The translations under genes were made by a program, and so were the position numbers. Of a DNA stretch of 41,751 bases, positions 1-7,201 are shown piece after piece. Every line of letters begins with the position of its first letter. The first letter of the stretch is position 1. Source of the stretch: Vulcanimicrobiota bacterium (GTDB taxonomy: Bacteria; Vulcanimicrobiota; Vulcanimicrobiia; Vulcanimicrobiales; Vulcanimicrobiaceae). Location of the stretch: NCBI GenBank assembly GCA_014304965.1, contig JACRTZ010000207.1, positions 1 through 41,751 on the forward strand. The letters run 5' to 3'. A model generated the notes under the pieces. It searched no databases. It saw only the letters and a list, made by a program, of their open reading frames with translations, and was not told the DNA's origin.

Positions 1-1
1 G

Positions 2-742
2 GTCTGCGGAATAGGTATCGCGGCATATCCGGTGAGGGACCAGATCTACGGAATCGTTATGACCGCGGATGCGACGGAGCCTTCGAGTCTTCATATCGGG
101 CTTTTTTCCGACACGAACGACTATTACGTCAACGTCGCACGCGTGCGCTTCGAAACGCCCTCGACCGAGGGAGCATCAGCGGCGCACGGTTCCCTGCGCT
201 CGGAACCGCTGTTCGTTTCGCTTCCGCGCCCGGACGATATTTTGGCAGCGACCGTTGAGCCGCTCGAGCCGGACGCGCGCTCCCCGCTCTGTCGCAAGCA
301 GTATCACTACACCGACTCCTATCAGGCGCGCCTCAACACCCGGTTCAAGCCTGCCGCACGAGAGCGCGCGATGGCGACGTCCCTCTCCGACACGTTCAAC
401 GGAGGCGTCACGGCGCTGGCTGCGCTGGCGACGATCGGGACGTCCGATCCGAAGACGTGCGCCGTTCCGTACGCGCCCGCTCGCACGATCGCTACAGCCC
501 AAGCCAACTATCCGGCGTTAGCGATCGTACAAGGAGCGACCGGAACCGTGGTGACCCGCGTCGATTTGGACGACCGCGGAGCCATTGTGGGTGCCACCGT
601 TACCCGCTCGTCGGGAAACTTTCAGCTCGACACCGAAGGCAAACGTGCCTCGACGAACTCCCGCTACTCTCCCGAGACGTTCAGGTGCCAAGCGATCGCG
701 GGTTCGTATCTCTTCGTCGTCGAGTTCACGAGTTCACGCTAA
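2..742 (+). CDS. Hypothetical protein with a TonB C-terminal-like domain, probably 5'-truncated by the window edge
   Basis: The frame is open from nt 2, with no stop upstream of the GTG at 32. The C-terminal ~80 aa (ANYPALAIVQGATGTVVTRVDLDDRGAIVGATVTRSSGNFQLD...) resemble the TonB_C fold pattern. No N-terminal anchor or signal peptide is visible, which is consistent with truncation. GC3-rich codons. Confidence 0.5.
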   Translation, partial: VCGIGIAAYPVRDQIYGIVMTADATEPSSLHIGLFSDTNDYYVNVARVRFETPSTEGASAAHGSLRSEPLFVSLPRPDDILAATVEPLEPDARSPLCRKQYHYTDSYQARLNTRFKPAARERAMATSLSDTFNGGVTALAALATIGTSDPKTCAVPYAPARTIATAQANYPALAIVQGATGTVVTRVDLDDRGAIVGATVTRSSGNFQLDTEGKRASTNSRYSPETFRCQAIAGSYLFVVEFTSSR

Positions 743-1335
743 TTTACGTCGGCGCTAAGCAATTCGTAAATGGTGCGAACCTGGCCGCGAAGGTCGTCGA
801 ACGAACCGTCGTTTTCGATGACGTAATCGGCGCGCTTGCGGGCTTCATCCGGATCGATTTGCGCGCTCATGCGGCGTTCGATCTCCTCGGGCGTCCAGCC
901 GCTGCGCGCCGTGACGCGTGCGATCCGGAGTTCGCGCGGCGCCGTCACCAGCACGTTTTTGTCGCATCGTTCGGCATAACCGGTTTCGAACAGGAGCGGC
1001 ACTTCGTGAATGATGAGTTGGTCGGGCCCGGCCGAGGCTTCGGCCTCCGCGGCGAGTCGCCGGACGATCGGATGCACGATCTCGTTGAGGGCCGAGCGAG
1101 CCGTTTCGTCATCGAAGACCAGCGTTGCGAGCGCGGGGCGATCGAGGGTTCCGTCGGCGTTCACGACCTGTGGCCAACTCGCGCGGATTGCTTCGAGCCC
1201 TTCGCTCCCCGGCGCAACGGCTTGCCGCGCGAGTTCGTCCGCGTCGATGACGAGCGCGCCCAAGTCGGAAAAGATCCGAGCCGCCGCGCTTTTTCCGGCG
1301 CCGATGCCACCCGTCAGACCGGCGCGACCGATCAT
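739..1335 (-). CDS. coaE: Dephospho-CoA kinase
   Basis: N-terminus MIGRAGLTGGIGAGKS is the P-loop typical of CoaE. The ~198 aa length fits. Sits in the rpsA-coaE synteny downstream of polA. Confidence 0.9.
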   Translation of the reverse strand: MIGRAGLTGGIGAGKSAAARIFSDLGALVIDADELARQAVAPGSEGLEAIRASWPQVVNADGTLDRPALATLVFDDETARSALNEIVHPIVRRLAAEAEASAGPDQLIIHEVPLLFETGYAERCDKNVLVTAPRELRIARVTARSGWTPEEIERRMSAQIDPDEARKRADYVIENDGSFDDLRGQVRTIYELLSADVN

Positions 1336-1493
1336 CCCTTCACGCGAACCCTATCTGGATCATATACGGGGCCAGCTGTTCCGTGGCACAAAAGAAAAAG
1401 CCGCCCGAAGCGGTCAACCCCTCAGCCTGTCAGCGAAACGGCGGCGGCCGCGAGGCACACCGCCGTTCCGTTGCAATTCCGAACCGGGAAAGA

Positions 1494-2579
1494 CTACTCG
1501 GCCACTGGCTCCAGTGCGTCGCCGATCGTGCCGACCTCGTCGTCCACCGCAAATGCGGCGATCTCTTCGGGCGCCACGTCCATGACGTGTTGGATCGAAC
1601 CCGTGATGCGTCGCGTCGAGTAGTTGACGGTCAAGACCGTCACCTCGACCTCTTCACCCGGGCTGTACTGCTTGCCGGGATCGAACTCGCCCTTGGGCAC
1701 CATCGCGAGCACGCCCGGGATGATTTCGACGAGGAGATAGTTCGGCGTCACTTTGACGACTTGCGCGATCAGGCGCTGGCCCTCGAGCAGTTTGTCGGCG
1801 TGCTCGACCCAAGGGTCGGGCAGCGCGTGCTTGACCGAAAGCGAAACCTTCTTCGCTTCGGGGTCGAACTTCATCACTTCGACCTGAACGATATCGCCGA
1901 TTTTGACGACTTCGCTCGGGTGCTTAATTCGCGCGTACGACAACTCGCTGTTGTGAATGAGGCCGTCGATGCCGCCGAGATCGACGAACGCGCCGAACTC
2001 CGCAAGCCGCACGACGACGCCTTCGCGGATCTGGCCGACCGCGAGCGTGCCGAGCAGCTCGGTCTTCTTTGCGTTGAGTTCTTCTTCGAGCACGAGGCGC
2101 TGCGACAGAACGACGCGATGGCGTTTGTGATCGAGGTCGATCACCTTGAGACGCAGATGTTTACCGACCAGCTCGTCGAGATTGCCGACGGGCTGCCGGC
2201 GGATCTGCGAGGCCGGCACGAACCCGCGCATGCCGAGGTCGACAAGAACGCCGCCCTTGACCACTTGGGTAACGGTGGCTTCGATGACTTCGTCATTGTC
2301 GTGCGCCTGAATGACTTTTTCCCACGTCTTTAGGGCGCGGGCGCGGCGCTCGGACAGGAAGAGCGTACCGTCCTGGTCGTCGATCCGATGGATCATGACT
2401 TCCAGTTTGTCGCCGATCTTCAGTTCTTTGGGCTCGATGGCGAGCGAAAGCTCGCGAAAACTGAGGATGCCTTCCGACTTACCGCCGATGTCGACGAGTA
2501 ACTCGTCTTGATACTTCGCGACGATGACGCCGGTGAGGACTTGCCCCTCGTCGAGGACTTTGAGGCTTTCCTCATACAT
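1494..2579 (-). CDS. rpsA: 30S ribosomal protein S1 (short, four S1 domains)
   Basis: Repeated S1 OB-fold motifs (G.V..G.V....G..VD.GG..G..H.SE) occur four times across 361 aa. Located between mutM and coaE. Confidence 0.9.
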   Translation of the reverse strand: MYEESLKVLDEGQVLTGVIVAKYQDELLVDIGGKSEGILSFRELSLAIEPKELKIGDKLEVMIHRIDDQDGTLFLSERRARALKTWEKVIQAHDNDEVIEATVTQVVKGGVLVDLGMRGFVPASQIRRQPVGNLDELVGKHLRLKVIDLDHKRHRVVLSQRLVLEEELNAKKTELLGTLAVGQIREGVVVRLAEFGAFVDLGGIDGLIHNSELSYARIKHPSEVVKIGDIVQVEVMKFDPEAKKVSLSVKHALPDPWVEHADKLLEGQRLIAQVVKVTPNYLLVEIIPGVLAMVPKGEFDPGKQYSPGEEVEVTVLTVNYSTRRITGSIQHVMDVAPEEIAAFAVDDEVGTIGDALEPVAE

Positions 2580-2734
2580 GCGCTGCTCGAGCGCGAGTTG
2601 GTCTTCGAGTTCTTCCGCCTGCGGCGATGCGATGTCGGTGCTAGTAATGCGAAACCCCTTTACTCGATGCGCCGGATCGAATCGTCCGGTCGCATCCCCG
2701 CGCTATGCGCAGTTCCTCTTGCGAGGCTATTTGA
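2580..2734 (-). promoter_or_regulatory. Structured rpsA leader lacking a Shine-Dalgarno sequence (putative S1 autoregulatory region)
   Basis: The minus-strand RNA contains a CCUC-GCAA-GAGG hairpin and a bulged hairpin of about 11 bp (GAUGCG-A-CCGGA...UCCGG-CGCAUC, plus coordinates about 2668-2698). The start context is CUCGAGCAGCGC-AUG, with no purine-rich SD. Confidence 0.35.
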
Positions 2735-3547
2735 TTATCGTTGGCACGTTCGGCACCACCAGGTGCCGCGTTGGGCGAGCACCGTCCGGACGACGGTTTT
2801 TCCGCAGCGGGGACAGGCGTGCCCGTCCCGGCCGTAGACGCTCAATTTGTTTTGAAATCCACCCCTGAGGCCTTCGGCGTCCACGTAGTCGTCGACGCTC
2901 GTTCCGCGATGTTCGATCGCGCGCACGAGCACCGATCGAATCGCTTCGTGGAGACGGCGGCGCCGTTGAGGCGACAGCGAACCGGCCGGAAGACCGGGCC
3001 GAATTCGCGCTTCCCAGAGCGCCTCGCAGGCATAGATGTTGCCGATGCCCGCAATGCGACGCTGATCGAGCAGAAACGCTTTGATCGGCGTCGTCCGCCC
3101 GCTCAACAACCCGGAGAATCGTTCAAACGAAAAATCGTCGGAAAGAGGCTCCAGGCCGACCTCGGCAGCCCACGGGTCTTCAGGCTCCACGAGGCGCATC
3201 CTCCCGAACTGGCGGACGTCCGCGAAGCACAAACGTGCGCCGTCTCGGAAGTTCAGCACCACGTTTGTGTACGGTTCGAGATTCGTGGCGCCCGCCGGCT
3301 GGACGATCAAGCGCCCGGTCATCCGGAGATGAACGACGAGCGACCGGCCCGAGGCCAGCGAGATCACCACGAATTTTCCACGCCGGCCTGCACGGTCGAC
3401 GCGGTCCCCGGCGAGACGCCGCGAAAAGCGCCGCGGCTCGGGGAGGACGACTTTGGGCAACCTGACGGTCGCCGATTCGACGGTCTTCCCGGCGATGGCG
3501 CGATCGAGACCGCGCGCAATCGTTTCTACCTCGGGAAGTTCCGGCAC
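2735..3547 (-). CDS. mutM: Formamidopyrimidine-DNA glycosylase
   Basis: N-terminus (M)PELPEVE carries the catalytic Pro2. The C-terminal zinc finger is CPRCG...C..CQ. 270 aa, GTG start. Confidence 0.92.
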   Translation of the reverse strand: MPELPEVETIARGLDRAIAGKTVESATVRLPKVVLPEPRRFSRRLAGDRVDRAGRRGKFVVISLASGRSLVVHLRMTGRLIVQPAGATNLEPYTNVVLNFRDGARLCFADVRQFGRMRLVEPEDPWAAEVGLEPLSDDFSFERFSGLLSGRTTPIKAFLLDQRRIAGIGNIYACEALWEARIRPGLPAGSLSPQRRRRLHEAIRSVLVRAIEHRGTSVDDYVDAEGLRGGFQNKLSVYGRDGHACPRCGKTVVRTVLAQRGTWWCRTCQR

Positions 3548-3584
3548 GTCCGCTCCCTACAACGCCGGGCAAGCGGCAAAGGTT

Positions 3585-3893
3585 TCAGCGCTCCGGAGCT
3601 TCGGCGATATGCGCCCGATACGTCTCCGGCATGAAATACCACTCGGGCAGCGATTTCGGGAAGCTCACATCCGCGAACCGGTAGTCGCTCGCCGCGTCGG
3701 GGCCCGTCCCGTCGCGTAACGGCACCGAGCGCGAATGAATGCGCTCGACGACGGGCACCCCGTACAGCGCACTCATGCCGACATCGAAGATCCCGGCGCG
3801 GCTCAAGGGAAAGGTGATAGTCGCCGCCGTCGAGCGCCAAAAACGTCGCGCGGTATTCAAGTTCGCCCGCGATCGCGACGGTTCGCCGGACAC
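3585..3893 (-). CDS. Hypothetical small protein (start uncertain)
   Basis: The frame is strongly GC3-biased in the gap between the DUF192 gene and mutM. I recognise no motif. GTG at 3893 or the internal ATG (MSALYGV...) are possible starts. Confidence 0.4.
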   Translation of the reverse strand: MSGEPSRSRANLNTARRFWRSTAATITFPLSRAGIFDVGMSALYGVPVVERIHSRSVPLRDGTGPDAASDYRFADVSFPKSLPEWYFMPETYRAHIAEAPER

Positions 3894-3948
3894 CGCGGGC
3901 CGCGCACGCTTGGGTCGAGCAGCCCGTGCGACCGAGCGCGCGTGCCAG

Positions 3949-4557
3949 CTAATCGGAACGGCCGCATTTCCGAAATCCGCCGTCGAGTTCTTCCGGCGGC
4001 GAACCGTCGCGGCAAATACCGAGCTTCGCGCCGGTTTTTAGGCCGAGCCGCTTCGCTTCCCCCGCAGCCAGCTCGACGACGAATCTTCCGAGACCGCGGC
4101 GCCGCGCGATCTTATCGTCGGGCGTCGTGCGCGTACTCTTCGGTACGTTCGCGGCGATCGCTGAGATCGTTCCGTTTTCTTCAACCCATAGCATGTCCAG
4201 CCGAATCAAGGTGTTCTTCATCCAGAATTCCCACACGTCGCTGCGGTCGAAGACGAAAATCATGCCCGCCGCGGGCTTGAGCCTCAGAACGCACATCAAA
4301 CCAAGTTCGCGCGACTCGCCGCCGCCGGCGACGGCGAGGGTGAGTTTGGTCGCCCCCGACGCGTAGTGACGGAACGCTAAGGGCTGCGGATCGGTTGCGA
4401 AGGCGCGACCGTCAAGGATTGCCGCCGGAACCTTGGGGTTCGCGCAATCGGCCGCCGCGAGCCTAGCAGCCTGGGGCGACGGCCGTACCTCGGCGCTCGC
4501 GGGGAGCATTGTTGCGCTGAGAAGCGCGGCAAGGAGTGCGGCGATTTTCCTACGCAT
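3949..4557 (-). CDS. Secreted DUF192-family protein
   Basis: Signal peptide MRRKIAALLAALLSATMLPASA. DUF192-like core GMIFVF....WEFWMKNTLIRLDMLWV. Starting at the ATG at 4557 avoids overlapping the polA stop at 4550-4552. Confidence 0.75.
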   Translation of the reverse strand: MRRKIAALLAALLSATMLPASAEVRPSPQAARLAAADCANPKVPAAILDGRAFATDPQPLAFRHYASGATKLTLAVAGGGESRELGLMCVLRLKPAAGMIFVFDRSDVWEFWMKNTLIRLDMLWVEENGTISAIAANVPKSTRTTPDDKIARRRGLGRFVVELAAGEAKRLGLKTGAKLGICRDGSPPEELDGGFRKCGRSD

Positions 4558-7201
4558 CGAAACCTTCGACCTCGAGCGGCTCGACATCGTACCAGGTGGA
4601 GCCCGTCTTGACCGTCGCGACGATCGGCACCGACAATGCGAGGGCGCCCTCCATTTCGCGCTTGACGAGCGACGCGACGCGGTCGAGTTCCGCCGAACCG
4701 ACTTCCAGGATCATCTCGTCGTGAATCTGCAGCAGCATGCGCGCACCGAGTCCTCGTTCCCGTAGCGCGCGATCGACCCGAACCATCGCGAGCTTCATCA
4801 AATCTGCGGCGCTGCCTTGCATCGGCGCGTTAGTCGCTTCGCGCTCGGCGGCAGCACGCAGCATGTAGTTCTTCGTGCGCAGGTCCGTGAAGTAGCGCCG
4901 CCGCCCGAGAATCGTTTTTACGAACCCGTGCTCGCGGCCGAATTCCAAATTGGCGTCGATCCATTGCCGCACCGACGGAAACCGCGCGAAGTAGGCCTCG
5001 GTCATCGCGCGCGCCGCGGACCGTTCGATCTCGAGCCGCTGCGCGAGCCCGAAGTCCGACATGCCGTACAGCAGCCCGAAGTTGACCGACTTGGCCATAC
5101 GGCGTTGGTTGTGGTCCACTTTTCGATCCGCCGGAACGGCGAAGATGCCGCGCGCGGTGACGTCGTGGATGTCGTCGCCGCGCCGAAACGCTTCGCGCAT
5201 CGCTTCGTCGCCCGACAGGTGCGCCATGAATCGCAGCTCGATCTGACTGTAATCGGCAGCCAAGAGCACGTGGCCGGCCGGCGCCACGAATGCCCGCCGC
5301 ACGCGCCTTCCGAGTTCCGTGCGCACCGGAATGTTTTGTAGGTTCGGATTGGTGGATGACAGCCGCCCGGTCGCGGTGGCGGTTTGGTTCAACGTCGTGC
5401 GCAGCCGGCCATCGGGGCCGACGAGTTTGGGAATCACGTCGATGTAGGTGTTCTTGAGTTTCGTCACTTCGCGGAACTCGAGCACCTTGGCAACGATCTC
5501 ATGCTCGCGCGCGAGCGGCTGCAACACTTCGATGCCGGTCGCCCAGCCGGTCTTCGTGCGTCCGCCGTTCGGCAAGCTCAAGTTTTCGAACAAGACCGTG
5601 CCGAGTTGCTGGGGCGAGCCGATGTTGAACGGGCCACCCGCCATGGCATAAATCTCTTGTTGCAGGCGTTGCGCGGAGGCGTCGACCTCCGCCGAGAGTT
5701 CGCCGAGCGCCGCGGGGTCGATCGCTATGCCGGTTGCCTCCATGCGGGCGAGCAATCCGACCAGCGGCAACTCGACATCGTCGTAGAGTGAGATTTGCTC
5801 GCGCAGCTCCAAGCGCTCGCGCAACGACGGCGCGACGCGCAGTGCCGCGTCGGCGGCAGCTGCGGCATCGTCGGCCAGTCGTTTGCCGAGAAATTCTCCG
5901 GCCACGTCGGCGGCGGACGCGTAGGTCTTGGTCGGATTGAGCAGATGCGCGGCCACCATGACGTCGTCCGCAAGATCGGGAGCGACCGCAAAGTCGCCCC
6001 GCTCGCGCAGCTGCGCGGACAACGCTTTCCAATCGTGCGCGAGCAGCGAACCGTCGCCGCGCTCCAGCAGCGCTGAAAAAGCGCTGCCGACTTGCGGATG
6101 GGAAAGCGCGCCCGCCGCAAACGAAAAGCCGGTTTCGGCCGCGGCACTGACGCCGATCTCGCCGCCCGCGCGCAACGCGAGCGCCACGCGTTCGGCGCGC
6201 GAGGCGCCGGCGATCGTTTGCGCGAGCAGCACGAACTCCGGCGGATCCACTGCCGCCGTGAAGGATCGGTAGGAGCCCTCGAGCCGCTCGACATCGTCGA
6301 GCGGGAAGAGCGTGGCGTCGTTGGCGGGCACCGGCAGTCGCGACAGCAGCGACTTGAATTCGAGATCGCGATAGAGAACGAAAAGCTCTTCGGTCGAGGG
6401 CGGCGTGTAGAGTGCGCCGTCCCACGGTATTTCGAGCGGCAAGTCGCGCGCGACGACCGAGACGTCGCGGCACACGCGCGCGGTCTCCCCGTGCTCGCGA
6501 ACCAGCCCTTCGAGTTTCGGCGAGCCAGCGAGTGCGGGGTCGGCCAGCAACGCATCGAGCGAGCCCGCGCTCTTGATCAGTTTGATCGCCGTCTTTTCGC
6601 CGACACCGGGAATGCCCGGCAGGTTGTCGGAGGGGTCGCCCTTGAGGCCGCGATAGTCCGGGAGCTGGCGCGGGTCCAGATCGAAGCGCTCGCGTACGGC
6701 CGCCGGATCGTAGCGTCCCAGTTCGCTGATGCCGCGCCGCGTCGTCAGGACGGTCGTTCCGTCGTCGACGATCTGCAGCAAATCGAGATCGCCGGTGACG
6801 ACGCTGACCTGCTGTCCGGCTTCGACAGCCTGGCGCGCCAACGTCGCGATGACGTCGTCGGCTTCTTCGCCGTCGATTTCGAGCATCGGGATCTTGTAAA
6901 CGTCCAAGATCCGCCGCACGAGCGCAAATTGCGAGCGCAGCTCGTCCGGCATCGTCGTGCGCTGCGCTTTGTAGGCGGCGAACAACGCGACGCGCGCCTG
7001 CGGCATGCCTTTGTCGAAACATGCGATCACGTGCGTCGGCTTTTCGTCGGCGACGATCTTTGTCAGCATCTGCGTGAAGCCGTAAGCCGCATTGATCGGG
7101 ACGCCCTTGGTCGTCGTCAGCACGGGCAGGGCGAAGAATGCGCGGTAGACGAGCCCGTACGTGTCGAGCAGCATCAGTTTGGCGCCGCGCGGCACGTTCA
7201 T
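4550..7201 (-). CDS. polA: DNA polymerase I
   Basis: The 5'-nuclease N-terminus is LLLDTYGLVYRAFFALP. Pol motifs: A (LLAADYSQIELRF), B (RRMAKSVNFGLLYGMS), C (QIHDEM). ATG 7201-7199 overlaps the upstream gene's TGA (7200-7198) as ATGA, so the 45-aa N-terminal extension in the ORF track is unlikely. No D-x-E Exo I motif is visible, so the 3'-5' exonuclease is probably inactive. Confidence 0.95.
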   Translation of the reverse strand: MNVPRGAKLMLLDTYGLVYRAFFALPVLTTTKGVPINAAYGFTQMLTKIVADEKPTHVIACFDKGMPQARVALFAAYKAQRTTMPDELRSQFALVRRILDVYKIPMLEIDGEEADDVIATLARQAVEAGQQVSVVTGDLDLLQIVDDGTTVLTTRRGISELGRYDPAAVRERFDLDPRQLPDYRGLKGDPSDNLPGIPGVGEKTAIKLIKSAGSLDALLADPALAGSPKLEGLVREHGETARVCRDVSVVARDLPLEIPWDGALYTPPSTEELFVLYRDLEFKSLLSRLPVPANDATLFPLDDVERLEGSYRSFTAAVDPPEFVLLAQTIAGASRAERVALALRAGGEIGVSAAAETGFSFAAGALSHPQVGSAFSALLERGDGSLLAHDWKALSAQLRERGDFAVAPDLADDVMVAAHLLNPTKTYASAADVAGEFLGKRLADDAAAAADAALRVAPSLRERLELREQISLYDDVELPLVGLLARMEATGIAIDPAALGELSAEVDASAQRLQQEIYAMAGGPFNIGSPQQLGTVLFENLSLPNGGRTKTGWATGIEVLQPLAREHEIVAKVLEFREVTKLKNTYIDVIPKLVGPDGRLRTTLNQTATATGRLSSTNPNLQNIPVRTELGRRVRRAFVAPAGHVLLAADYSQIELRFMAHLSGDEAMREAFRRGDDIHDVTARGIFAVPADRKVDHNQRRMAKSVNFGLLYGMSDFGLAQRLEIERSAARAMTEAYFARFPSVRQWIDANLEFGREHGFVKTILGRRRYFTDLRTKNYMLRAAAEREATNAPMQGSAADLMKLAMVRVDRALRERGLGARMLLQIHDEMILEVGSAELDRVASLVKREMEGALALSVPIVATVKTGSTWYDVEPLEVEGFDA

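Noticed and set aside
1390-1416. Possible intrinsic terminator downstream of rpsA (minus strand: GACCGC-UUCGG-GCGGC followed by UUUUUCUUUU)
   Set aside because: Only about 4 bp of stem can form. The U-tract is good but the hairpin is too weak to call. The nearby 8-bp AACGGCGG/CCGCCGTT stem (about 1437-1467) has no U-tract.
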